A stretch of DNA of 49,205 bases from Alphaproteobacteria bacterium UBA3864 (GTDB lineage Bacteria; Pseudomonadota; Alphaproteobacteria; CAAGCB01; CAG-977). Positions 1 to 9,116 of this stretch are shown one piece after another; the first letter of the stretch is position 1, and each line of letters opens with the position of its first letter. The notes beneath the pieces were generated by a model. The model was not told where the DNA came from and ran no database searches. It saw only the letters and a list, made by a program, of their open reading frames with translations. The position numbers and the translations under genes are program-made. The DNA is taken from contig DGGW01000085.1 in NCBI GenBank assembly GCA_002393065.1, positions 1 to 49,205 on the forward strand, read 5' to 3'.

Positions 1-57
1 GGTGAATATTTGAGTGAACTTTTTCACACAAAAAAGGACGGGAACGGTTACAGGTAA

Positions 58-639
58 ATGATTTACGCGTTTGTGCAGGACGGTCAGAATATCGGGATTC
101 TCAGACAGCAATGGGAATCGCTTTCCTCTTATGCGGAAAGCCGGTCTTTAACCATAGATAAATGGCTTGATTCGACGTCTTTCAATCCGGAATTGTTCAA
201 AGCAAAGGATGTTCTGCTGTTGGAAAAAACATTCCGTCTGGGGAAAGATATCCGCACGATCACTGCGATCATGCAGGAATTGTTGCAAAAAGGCGTCATT
301 ATTTGCTCCTGCGAAGATGACTTGAAATTCGGCGGAGATTCCGCTTCGTCAAAAACAATGGCTCATATGCTTGGCGTCGTAACGGATATTGTGGAGGAAC
401 TGCGCTCCCGTTTAACGAAAGAGGCTCTGACTTCGCGAAAACTGGCGGGACAAACATTAGGACGTCCGCGAGGAAGAAAGAACAGCAATCATAAATTGGA
501 CGTCAAAAAAAATGAAATCCGGAAGTTGCTCCGATCGGGAAAGACAGAACCGGAAATCTGCCGGTTGCTGAACATTCCCCGCTCTTCTTTATTCGTATAT
601 GTCAAAGACCATCCTGAATTAAAGCAGGAGGCTGTTTGA
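58..639 (+). CDS. Serine-recombinase (resolvase/invertase)-fold protein with C-terminal HTH; catalytic residues substituted, so probably a non-catalytic DNA-binding derivative
   Basis: 193-aa ORF; an in-frame TAA at 55-57 fixes the N-terminus. The layout matches small serine recombinases. MIYAFVQDGQN aligns to the YxRVSTxxQN motif, FRLGK aligns to DRLGR, and a GRPRG linker precedes the HTH PEICRLLNIPRSSLFVYV. The nucleophile Ser position is Gln (codon 76-78), and the flanking Arg and Asp positions are Phe. Confidence 0.7.
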   Translation: MIYAFVQDGQNIGILRQQWESLSSYAESRSLTIDKWLDSTSFNPELFKAKDVLLLEKTFRLGKDIRTITAIMQELLQKGVIICSCEDDLKFGGDSASSKTMAHMLGVVTDIVEELRSRLTKEALTSRKLAGQTLGRPRGRKNSNHKLDVKKNEIRKLLRSGKTEPEICRLLNIPRSSLFVYVKDHPELKQEAV

Positions 640-662
640 TGATTTTTCTCGTTTCCTCTTAT

Positions 663-745
663 GAACGGGATGTTTCGGTTATGTCCAGGGTCCAACACCT
701 AAAAACCGAAGAAATGTTCAGCATTTTTTCAAGATCATCCCGTTC
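663..745. repeat. Perfect 10-bp inverted repeat (gaacgggatg 663-672 / catcccgttc 736-745) enclosing 63 bp, with a nested 7-bp inverted repeat (ttcggtt 675-681 / aaccgaa 705-711)
   Basis: Read directly from the 127-bp spacer between the resolvase-like gene and the first glycan-operon gene. Confidence 0.6.
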
Positions 746-766
746 TCTCTATGGAAGGAAAAACAA

Positions 767-1546
767 ATGAAGGTCTTGATATTGGCCGGCGGATTGGGGA
801 CACGACTGGGCGAGGAAACGACCCTGAAGCCGAAACCGATGGTCGAAATCGGCGGGTATCCGATTCTGTGGCATATCATGAAGATTTATTCGTACTACGG
901 GTTCAACGAGTTTGTGGTGCTGACCGGATATAAATCCCACGTCATCAAGGAATACTTCGTCAATTATTATCAGCAGTATTCGGACATCACGGTCGATTTG
1001 ACGAATAACAGCGTTGAGATCCACCGCACGCGCAGTGAACCGTGGAAAGTAACGATGCTCTATACGGGACAGGACACGATGACCGGCGGCCGCATCAAAC
1101 GGGCGCGGGAATACGTCGGCAATGAGCCGTTCATGCTGACGTACGGCGACGGCGTTTCCGATGTCGATATCGACGCTTTGATCAAATCGCACAAAGAATC
1201 AGGCAAACTATGCACGATGACGGCCGTTCAGCTGGCGGGACGTTTCGGCGCTTTGGTCATCAAAGACGACAACATGATCACGTCGTTTATGGAAAAGCCG
1301 AAAGGGGAGGAAAGCTGGATCAACGGCGGTTTCTTCGTCTGCCGGCCGGAAGTTTTCGATTACATAAAGGACGGAGATTCAACGATATTCGAACGCGCGC
1401 CTTTGGAAAATCTGGCGAAGGACGGACAGCTGAACGCGTACAAGCATTACGGCTTCTGGCGCCCGATGGATATGTTGAAAGACAAACTTGAACTCAATGA
1501 AATGTGGACGACGAAAAAAGCCCCGTGGAAAGTCTGGAACGATTGA
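767..1546 (+). CDS. rfbF: Glucose-1-phosphate cytidylyltransferase
   Basis: 259 aa. The N-terminus MKVLILAGGLGTRLGEETTLKPKPMVEIGGYPILWHIMKIYSYYGFNEF and the overall length are characteristic of RfbF/DdhA. GGAAGGA RBS lies upstream. Confidence 0.9.
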   Translation: MKVLILAGGLGTRLGEETTLKPKPMVEIGGYPILWHIMKIYSYYGFNEFVVLTGYKSHVIKEYFVNYYQQYSDITVDLTNNSVEIHRTRSEPWKVTMLYTGQDTMTGGRIKRAREYVGNEPFMLTYGDGVSDVDIDALIKSHKESGKLCTMTAVQLAGRFGALVIKDDNMITSFMEKPKGEESWINGGFFVCRPEVFDYIKDGDSTIFERAPLENLAKDGQLNAYKHYGFWRPMDMLKDKLELNEMWTTKKAPWKVWND

Positions 1547-1561
1547 TTGAAGGAAAACGAA

Positions 1562-2638
1562 ATGAACAGAATTGTCAAAGAGGATATGGAATATATTTTT
1601 AACAGCGTATCCGACAAGAAGGAAAAATTCAGAAATTCAAATATCTTTATAACGGGATGTTGCGGCTTTCTCGGATATTATTTTCTCCATTTCTTTAATC
1701 TTTATAAGAAAGAACTGGGAATTAAATCCATTGTCGCTGTCGATAATTTTCAGGTCGGGCGTCCGTTCTGGGTCGATGAGATCGTAAAAGACGGAAATAT
1801 CGAACTCAAAGAATTCGACATCATCAAAGGCGATATTTCGACGATTGCGCGCGACAAGGAAAATTCTTTCGTCATTCATATGGCGTCTATTGCCTCTCCG
1901 ACTTTCTACCGCAAATATCCGATTCAGACAATTGAAGCGAATATCTGGGGACTGAAGTGGCTTTTAGACGACTATAGAGATACCTCTTTGCGCGGTTTCC
2001 TGTTCTTTTCAAGTTCGGAAATCTACGGCGACCCGACGCCCGAAAACATTCCAACTCCGGAAACATACCGCGGCAACGTAAACACGGTAGGTCCTCGCGC
2101 CTGCTATGACGAGTCCAAGCGTTTCGGCGAAACGATCTGTTATGAATATGCCAAGGAATACAAAATGCCGATCGGTCTGGCGCGTCCGTTCAACAACTAC
2201 GGTCCGGGAATGAAACTGGACGACAAGCGCGTTCCCGCCGACTTTGCAAAGGCCGTGATGAACAATAAGGACATCGTCATTCTGTCGGACGGAAAGCCCA
2301 GCAGAACATTCTGCTATATCGCCGATGCGATCGCCGGATATTTGAAGATTTTGCTCCACGGCGAGTTTGATTTCTTCAACATCGGTATTGAAAAACCCGA
2401 GATTTCCGTTCGCGAGTTGGCAGAGATTTACGCAGAAACTGCCAAGGAACTTTTCGGCTACGAAGGTAAAGTCATTTATCAGGTGTCGGACGATAAAAAC
2501 TATACGACCGACAATCCTAACAGGCGTTGCCCGATTATCACAAAAGCTCAAAAGACGCTTAACTATGCGCCGAAGATTTATGTCCGTGAAGGCGTGAAAA
2601 GATTTTTGGAATATTTGAAATTGGAAGGATTGAACTAA
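1562..2638 (+). CDS. Extended SDR NAD-dependent epimerase/dehydratase, UDP-glucuronate decarboxylase (UXS/ArnA C-terminal)-like
   Basis: Motifs: ITGCCGFLGYY Rossmann motif, SSSEIYGDP, GPRACYDESKRFGE (YxxxK), ARPFNNYGPGM. I prefer ATG 1562 (AAGGAA RBS) over the TTG at 1547 in the ORF track. Confidence 0.8.
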   Translation: MNRIVKEDMEYIFNSVSDKKEKFRNSNIFITGCCGFLGYYFLHFFNLYKKELGIKSIVAVDNFQVGRPFWVDEIVKDGNIELKEFDIIKGDISTIARDKENSFVIHMASIASPTFYRKYPIQTIEANIWGLKWLLDDYRDTSLRGFLFFSSSEIYGDPTPENIPTPETYRGNVNTVGPRACYDESKRFGETICYEYAKEYKMPIGLARPFNNYGPGMKLDDKRVPADFAKAVMNNKDIVILSDGKPSRTFCYIADAIAGYLKILLHGEFDFFNIGIEKPEISVRELAEIYAETAKELFGYEGKVIYQVSDDKNYTTDNPNRRCPIITKAQKTLNYAPKIYVREGVKRFLEYLKLEGLN

Positions 2639-3891
2639 TGATTGCCGTATTGGGATTGGGATTCGTCGGATTAACGACGGCTTTGGGATTCAGCAAGAAG
2701 GGATTCCGCGTCAGAGGTTTTGACGTCGATAAAACAAAAGCCGGCGTGATCGCTTCGGGAAAGATTCCGTTTTTTGAAGCGGATATGCAGGAAGTGCTGG
2801 ACGAACAACTGAATCATAATTTTACCGTATCCGACACGTTGGCTGATGCCGTTTCGAACAGTAAAGTTGTTTTCCTTTGTGTCGGTACGCCTTCCGACGA
2901 AAAAGGAAAAGCCGATCTGACTTATTTGCTGGCAGCCGTCGGGGATATTCTGAAATCCGTTCAAAAGGGATCAAAGAAAATCATCGTCGTCAAATCGACC
3001 GTTCCCCCGTCGACGACGCGGGATTATGTCATTCCGTTCATTGAATCAAAAGGATTTAAAATCGGTGAAGATGTCATTGTCGCGAACAATCCTGAATTTT
3101 TGCGCGAAGGTCATGCTTGGAAAGACTTTATCGAACCCGACCGCATTGTGATCGGAACGCAGGATGATTACGCAAAAACGGTTTTAGGAGAAATCTACGC
3201 CCCGTTTGCCGTTCCCGTCCATTACGTTTCCCTGAACACGGGTGAATTTATCAAATACCTGTCAAACACGTTGCTGTCCACGCTGATCAGCTATTCGAAC
3301 GAAATGTCCATGATCGCCATGACGATTGGCGACATCGACACGCGCAAAGCTTTTCAGATTCTGCATGAAGATAAACGTTGGGGCGAAGACAAAACTTGCA
3401 TGATGGCGTCCTACGCATTTCCGGGTTGCGGTTTCGGCGGCTATTGCCTGCCGAAGGACACACAGGCGATGGCGTATAAAGCCGGAGAGTTCGGTTATAA
3501 CGCTAAGATTTTGAAAGATGTTTTGGCGGTCAACGCCGAAATCAAACCGTTCTGGATTGAACAAATCACGGAAAATCTGCCGAAAACGGCGACAATCGGC
3601 GTTTTAGGGCTGTCCTTCAAACCTCATTCCGACGATATTCGTCAGACACCTGCAAAAGCCTTTTTGGAACAGTTGCTGGCGAAAGGATACACGAACATCG
3701 TCGTCTATGACCCGATCGCGAACGATCTGTTCGACAGAACGTACAAGTTGCCGCTGACGTATAAAAATTCCGTCAAGGAAGTGGCCGAATGCGCCGATGT
3801 CGTTGCAGTTGTTACGGCTTGGCCGGAATTCAAAGAACAGAAGGCTTTGCTGAACGGCAAAAAAGTCTTCGATTTAAGATACTGCCTGTAA
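2638..3891 (+). CDS. Nucleotide-sugar dehydrogenase (UDP-glucose/GDP-mannose dehydrogenase family)
   Basis: 417 aa. Has the MIAVLGLGFVGLTTALGF Rossmann start, NPEFLREG, and the catalytic-Cys region GFGGYCLPKD. The start overlaps the previous stop by 1 nt. Confidence 0.85.
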   Translation: MIAVLGLGFVGLTTALGFSKKGFRVRGFDVDKTKAGVIASGKIPFFEADMQEVLDEQLNHNFTVSDTLADAVSNSKVVFLCVGTPSDEKGKADLTYLLAAVGDILKSVQKGSKKIIVVKSTVPPSTTRDYVIPFIESKGFKIGEDVIVANNPEFLREGHAWKDFIEPDRIVIGTQDDYAKTVLGEIYAPFAVPVHYVSLNTGEFIKYLSNTLLSTLISYSNEMSMIAMTIGDIDTRKAFQILHEDKRWGEDKTCMMASYAFPGCGFGGYCLPKDTQAMAYKAGEFGYNAKILKDVLAVNAEIKPFWIEQITENLPKTATIGVLGLSFKPHSDDIRQTPAKAFLEQLLAKGYTNIVVYDPIANDLFDRTYKLPLTYKNSVKEVAECADVVAVVTAWPEFKEQKALLNGKKVFDLRYCL

Positions 3892-3901
3892 GGGGATAAA
3901 A

Positions 3902-5266
3902 ATGAGTTTTAAAGAAAATTTCCTGCGAAGTCTGGTCAAAAAAACAGCAAAAATGTATTACAACGCCTTCTATGGCGGAAAGCGCAAGTTCAACTATATT
4001 CCCGCTTCCGGCAAATTGCTCGGTCCGGAAGAATTGAGCAATATGATTGACGCCTCGTTGGATATGTGGTTGACGACAGGACGCTTTAATGAAGAATTTG
4101 AAAAAGCTTTTTCAAAATATCTCGGGTTACCGTTTTGTCTGACAGTTAATTCCGGTTCTTCGGCCAATCTGTTGGCTTTATCCTGCCTGACGTCTTATAA
4201 GCTGGGAGAACGACAGGTCAAAAAAGGAGATGAAGTCATCACCGTTGCTGCCGGTTTCCCGACCACAATCAATCCGATCGTTCAAAACAATCTTGTGCCT
4301 GTCTTTTTGGATGTGGATATCGCTACGGGCAACATCGATACGACAAAACTGGAAGAATCGATCACGCCTAAAACAAAAGTCGTGATGATGGCCCACACTT
4401 TGGGTAATCTGTTCGATCTGGGAAAAGTGACGGAAATCTGTAAAAAGCATAATCTGTGGCTGATCGAAGACAACTGCGATGCATTGGGTGCTGAGTACGA
4501 CGGTAAAAAAGCCGGTACGTTCGGTGATTTGGCGACATTCAGCTTCTATCCTGCACACTTTATCACAATGGGCGAAGGCGGTGCGGTCGCTACGAAAAAC
4601 CCGTTGTTATATAAAATCGTCAAATCGATGCGCGATTGGGGACGCGACTGCTACTGCGAACCGGGGCATGACGACACCTGCAAATGCCGTTTTGCTCAAC
4701 AGTTAGGAAATTTGCCGTTCGGATATGATCATAAGTACACATATTCTCATATCGGCTATAACCTGAAAATCACCGATTGGCAGGCGGCTTGCGGACTTGC
4801 CCAACTGCAAAAAGCCGACTTTTTCATTTCCAAGCGGCGGGAAAACTTCAGAATCCTGTTTGATATGCTGAAGGATTTGCAGGATTACCTGATTTTGCCG
4901 AAAATCACGGAAAAATCAAATCCCGCATGGTTCGGATTTCTGATTTCCGTCAAAGAGAATGCTCCTTTTAAGAAGCAGGAACTCGTTGAATATTTAGAAA
5001 AGAATCAAATCGGGACACGCCAGCTGTTCGCTGGAAACATTTTGCGCCAGCCGAGTTTTACGCATAATGAAATTCCTTTGAGAATTAACAATTCTCCGTT
5101 GCTGTACTCAAACATACTGACTGAAGACGACTACAAACGCGTTCCGAATACCGACTTCATTATGAACAACACGTTCTGGGTCGGAGTTTTCCCCGCTCTC
5201 GGCGAGAAAGAACTGCAAAAGACATCCGATACTATTCACACGTTTGTAAAATCGAAGATGGCTTAA
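3902..5266 (+). CDS. rfbH: CDP-4-keto-6-deoxyglucose 3-dehydrase (E1; RfbH/DdhC/AscC-type, DegT-family fold)
   Basis: 454 aa with a DegT/DnrJ/EryC1-like fold. His (codon 4556-4558, residue 219, in FYPAHF) replaces the PLP lysine. The Cys pattern C-X57-C-X1-C-X7-C, counted by hand, ends in CYCEPGHDDTC (4649-4681). Confidence 0.85.
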   Translation: MSFKENFLRSLVKKTAKMYYNAFYGGKRKFNYIPASGKLLGPEELSNMIDASLDMWLTTGRFNEEFEKAFSKYLGLPFCLTVNSGSSANLLALSCLTSYKLGERQVKKGDEVITVAAGFPTTINPIVQNNLVPVFLDVDIATGNIDTTKLEESITPKTKVVMMAHTLGNLFDLGKVTEICKKHNLWLIEDNCDALGAEYDGKKAGTFGDLATFSFYPAHFITMGEGGAVATKNPLLYKIVKSMRDWGRDCYCEPGHDDTCKCRFAQQLGNLPFGYDHKYTYSHIGYNLKITDWQAACGLAQLQKADFFISKRRENFRILFDMLKDLQDYLILPKITEKSNPAWFGFLISVKENAPFKKQELVEYLEKNQIGTRQLFAGNILRQPSFTHNEIPLRINNSPLLYSNILTEDDYKRVPNTDFIMNNTFWVGVFPALGEKELQKTSDTIHTFVKSKMA

Positions 5267-5287
5267 TCCGGATTAAAGGTTTTGATA

Positions 5288-6499
5288 ATGACAGAGCCGC
5301 TTCTATCGATTTGCATACCGACCCGCAATCGAGCAGCGTTTTTGTACCGCACCCTTCGCTCGATTACGGAAACTCCCGTTTTTCAAAACGGAAACGAGGT
5401 TGAGATCGTCGTGTCCGATAATACTTCGACGGACGCAACCGAAGATATCGTTAGAATTTTCACTGAAAAGTACGGGGATAAAATTGTTTATTCCCGCAAC
5501 GAAGAGGACATCGCCGATAAGAATTTCGAAAAGGCTCTTCGATCGGGGCACGGTGAATTTCGAAAGCTGAACAACGATACGTTCTGGTTCTGCGACAATA
5601 AACTCGAAGAGCTTTTATCGGATATCAAACAATACCAAAAAGACCGTCCGGTTTTGTTTTTCCCGAACGATAAAGCCGATAAAGTCGTTCTTTGTTCCGA
5701 TTTAAGCGAATTTGTCGAACAGGCGTCGTATTCAATGACATGGATTGGCGCATTCGGCATTTGGAAAGATGATCTTGATCGGATAACTGATTTTTCCGCG
5801 AACGTAAACACACAATTGGCGCAGACGGACATTCTTTTGCGGGAAGTTGCCCGAAAGAAAAAAGCTGTTGTCTTCAAGAAGAAATATATGAAATATCAAT
5901 TTTTTTGGAATAAGCAAAAATATGATGTTTCTAAATTGTTCGGATTGCATTATTTGGATTTTTTAAAAGGATACGTTAACAAGGAACTTCTTTCAAGGAA
6001 GGTTTTCAGAAAAGAAAGAAGACGCGTTTTAAAACATATATTTAACTATTTTTATTCTTCAAATATGGTCGGGAAAGACGCTAAGTTATTTGATTCTTTA
6101 AAGAAGTATTACATTTTTTCGATTTTCTTTTACTTAAGACTGATCGTTTTTTTATCCAATCATCTCATCAAGGATTTGATTTGCTGGTGGAAAATAAAGA
6201 AACGCGGCGCTGACGGCAATTTCAAAAAGCAATGGAAAAAGAGGAACGCTTCTTCCTTTGTCGTTCCGATGCAGGTCGAGTATCCGAACGCCGTTTATGT
6301 CGGGAACGGTTCAAGCGGGGAACTGGTCATCGAGAATTGCGATCCCGAAACAAATACGCTGATCATAGGGGAAAACGTCAAAATCGGAAAAAACGTCCGC
6401 TTCGTCTTTAACGGGGCGGGCAAAATGATTTTCGTCGCCGACGGTACGGAGATCCCCGACGGAACAACGGTTTATCCAGACAACAAGGGATTTTCGTAA
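5288..6499 (+). CDS. Family-2 glycosyltransferase fused to a hydrophobic/basic linker and a short C-terminal beta-helix-like segment
   Basis: The N-terminus LSICIPTRNRAAFL...VVSDNTSTD is typical of GT2. Then comes the hydrophobic segment YYIFSIFFYLRLIVFLSNHLI, and the C-terminus has repeated IG/V-x patterns (LIIGENVKIGKNVRFVF). ATG 5288 is preferred over TTG 5282. Confidence 0.7.
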   Translation: MTEPLLSICIPTRNRAAFLYRTLRSITETPVFQNGNEVEIVVSDNTSTDATEDIVRIFTEKYGDKIVYSRNEEDIADKNFEKALRSGHGEFRKLNNDTFWFCDNKLEELLSDIKQYQKDRPVLFFPNDKADKVVLCSDLSEFVEQASYSMTWIGAFGIWKDDLDRITDFSANVNTQLAQTDILLREVARKKKAVVFKKKYMKYQFFWNKQKYDVSKLFGLHYLDFLKGYVNKELLSRKVFRKERRRVLKHIFNYFYSSNMVGKDAKLFDSLKKYYIFSIFFYLRLIVFLSNHLIKDLICWWKIKKRGADGNFKKQWKKRNASSFVVPMQVEYPNAVYVGNGSSGELVIENCDPETNTLIIGENVKIGKNVRFVFNGAGKMIFVADGTEIPDGTTVYPDNKGFS

Positions 6500-7333
6500 A
6501 TGAAAAAACTTCTTTTAACGGGCGGAACGGGCTTTATCGGACGCAATATCCTGCCGACATTGCGCGAAAAGTACGACGTTTCCGCTCCGACAAGAGCGGA
6601 GATGGACATCAACGATCGGAAAAGCGTCGACGATTGGATAAATGAAAACAGGCCGGACGTTCTGGTCCATTGCGCCATCGTCGATCCGGCGAAAGCCGCC
6701 GACGCGGGCAGGAGCGTTTTGGCGGACACGTTAAGGGCTTTTCTTTGTCTGACGCGCCACCCGTTTGAAAAAATCGTTTATATCGGTTCGGGGGCGGAAT
6801 ACGACAAATCCAAAGACATAACCGATGTTTGCGAAGAAGACATCGGAAAGAACCTTCCCGCCGACGAATACGGCTTGGCGAAATACGCTTTGAACGAAAT
6901 CGCCCGTTCTTCGGAAAACATCGTCAACATACGGATTTTCGGCTGTTACGGACCGACGGAGCCGGAACGCCGCTTTATTCGGCACGCGATCGACTGCTGT
7001 TTAAGGAACGAACCGGTCACGATCCGTCAGGATTGCCGTTTTTCCTATGTTTTCGTCAAAGATCTGGCGCGCGCCGTTCTGCGTGTTCTGGAAAACGAAA
7101 CGGCGTATCACGATTACAACGTTTGCGCCGGCGCGTACAAGCTTTCGGAACTGGCGGAAATCGTCAAAAAACAAATGAACAATCCGTCGCCCGTGAAAAT
7201 CGGGGCGGAAGGTTTCAACAACGAATACACGGCCGTCAACACGCGCTTCAAAACGGAATTTCCCGATTTTGAATTTACTTCCATGGAACAGGGAATCGCG
7301 GAAGAGATCGGTTGGCAAAGGAGTCTTGCATGA
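6500..7333 (+). CDS. NAD(P)-dependent sugar epimerase/reductase (RmlD/GDP-fucose-synthase-like SDR)
   Basis: 277 aa. Has the MKKLLLTGGTGFIGRNI Rossmann motif and a YGLAK (YxxxK) motif. The stop overlaps the next start (ATGA at 7330-7333). Confidence 0.75.
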   Translation: MKKLLLTGGTGFIGRNILPTLREKYDVSAPTRAEMDINDRKSVDDWINENRPDVLVHCAIVDPAKAADAGRSVLADTLRAFLCLTRHPFEKIVYIGSGAEYDKSKDITDVCEEDIGKNLPADEYGLAKYALNEIARSSENIVNIRIFGCYGPTEPERRFIRHAIDCCLRNEPVTIRQDCRFSYVFVKDLARAVLRVLENETAYHDYNVCAGAYKLSELAEIVKKQMNNPSPVKIGAEGFNNEYTAVNTRFKTEFPDFEFTSMEQGIAEEIGWQRSLA

Positions 7334-9105
7334 AAAAGAGAGTGGCCGACATCATCATGGATACTTTGGCGGACTGCGGCGTCGGACAGGCGTTTTGCGT
7401 CGTCGGCGGCGGCTCCATGTATCTTGACAACGCTTTGGGGATCTCGAAGCGCATCAAAACGATATTCAACCATCACGAACAGGCCTGCGCGATGGCGGCG
7501 GAAGGATACGCCCGCTATACGACGGACAAGCCCGCTCTGGTCTGCGTGACCAGCGGTCCCGGCGGAACGAACACGCTGACGGGCGTTTACGGAGCTTATG
7601 TCGACAGTATCCCGATGATCGTCGTTTCCGGTCAGTGCCGCTACAACACGAGCGTTCCCGACGCGGGCGTACCTTTGCGCTGCCGCGGCGTTCAGGAATT
7701 CAACATCGTCGACACGGTCAAAACGATGACCAAGTATTCTAAAATGGTCGTCGACCCGCTGGAAATCAAACGCGAAGTCCGGAAAGCTTACGACATCGCG
7801 ATGAACGGGCGGCGCGGTCCCGTGTGGTTGGACGTTCCGCAAAACGTTCAGAACGCGATGGTGGAGGAAAGCGACCTTTTGCCGGTCCTTCCCGCGCCCG
7901 AAACGGTGAAGGCGAAGGAAGAGGATATCGAAAAACTTTATTCCTTGCTGAAGGCGGCGAAACGTCCCGTCGTCCTGGCCGGAAGCGGCATCAGATATTC
8001 CGGCAATTATAAAGCTTTCCTGAACTTTTTAAGCACTGTCAAAATTCCCGTCGTCAACGCAGGTTCTCAAGGTGATTTGCTTTACAGGAATCATCTTCTT
8101 TGTGTCGGAGCGGAAGGGTTGACGGGACAGCGTGCCGGAAATTTCGTTTTGCAAAACGCCGATGTCGTTCTGGTTTTAGGAGCCTCTCTGACGTTCACCG
8201 AAACGGGCTGGGTTCAGGAAAATTTTGCCCCTAAAGCGCATCTGATTATGGTCAACATTGACGAATACGAACACCGCAAACCGGGAATGCACGTCAACAC
8301 GTTCATTCATGCCGATTTAAAAGAGTTCTTCGGTCAGACAAAGCATTTCAAAATCGAAGCGCCGGCCAAATGGATTGAATACGCCCGAACGGTTAAAGCG
8401 AAATTCGATCCGTTTGAAGGTGCGGCCGAAACAACGGATGGAAGAGTTTCTCCCTACTGTTTTTGGAAAACGTATGCCGAAAAGATTCCGGAAGACGGCG
8501 TTACCTGTTTAGGAAATTCAAGCAGTATTGTCGGATTGTTGCGTTACGGTATCTCGACGGAAAAGCAGCGTATTCTGGTTAATGTGAACTGCGGTTCCAT
8601 GGGCGACGACATCACTTTGGCGACCGGTGTCGCTGCGGCGGCGAAGCGCTCTGTCGTAATTCAGACGGGCGATGGCAGTTTTATGATGAATTTGCAGGAA
8701 ATGGCGACGATCGCGCATAACAAACTGCCTGTCAAAATCGTCGTTTTTTCGAACGGCGGATACAACGCTTTGCGCAACACGTTCAAAAACTACTTCAACG
8801 GCGTCAACACCGGATGCGATCACGACAGCGGCATTTCTTTCCCGAGCTTTGAAAAAGTCGCCGCGGCGTTCGGTTTCCCTTACCGCAAATGTCCGTCGAA
8901 CAGGGACGTTCCCGATTCTCTCGACTGGTTGCTGGGGCAGGACGGTTTCGCGTTTTTGGAAGTGGAACAAAGTTTCGACGCGGTCAAAGCTCCCTGCGTG
9001 ATTTCAAAGCTGCGCTCGGACGGGACGTCCGACCCCGCGTGGCTGCAGGATATGTCCCCGTTCATCGACAGGGACGAATTTAAAGCTCTTATGATTTCGG
9101 AATGA
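7330..9105 (+). CDS. Thiamine-diphosphate-dependent enzyme, acetolactate-synthase large-subunit-like (candidate YerE-type sugar C-branching enzyme)
   Basis: About 591 aa. The N-terminal Pyr domain has HHEQACAMAAEGYAR and TSGPGGTN. The C-terminal PP domain has GSMGDD...GDGSFMMNLQE. ATG 7330 is preferred over TTG 7312. Confidence 0.85.
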   Translation: MKKRVADIIMDTLADCGVGQAFCVVGGGSMYLDNALGISKRIKTIFNHHEQACAMAAEGYARYTTDKPALVCVTSGPGGTNTLTGVYGAYVDSIPMIVVSGQCRYNTSVPDAGVPLRCRGVQEFNIVDTVKTMTKYSKMVVDPLEIKREVRKAYDIAMNGRRGPVWLDVPQNVQNAMVEESDLLPVLPAPETVKAKEEDIEKLYSLLKAAKRPVVLAGSGIRYSGNYKAFLNFLSTVKIPVVNAGSQGDLLYRNHLLCVGAEGLTGQRAGNFVLQNADVVLVLGASLTFTETGWVQENFAPKAHLIMVNIDEYEHRKPGMHVNTFIHADLKEFFGQTKHFKIEAPAKWIEYARTVKAKFDPFEGAAETTDGRVSPYCFWKTYAEKIPEDGVTCLGNSSSIVGLLRYGISTEKQRILVNVNCGSMGDDITLATGVAAAAKRSVVIQTGDGSFMMNLQEMATIAHNKLPVKIVVFSNGGYNALRNTFKNYFNGVNTGCDHDSGISFPSFEKVAAAFGFPYRKCPSNRDVPDSLDWLLGQDGFAFLEVEQSFDAVKAPCVISKLRSDGTSDPAWLQDMSPFIDRDEFKALMISE

Positions 9106-9116
9106 AAGGCAAAACA

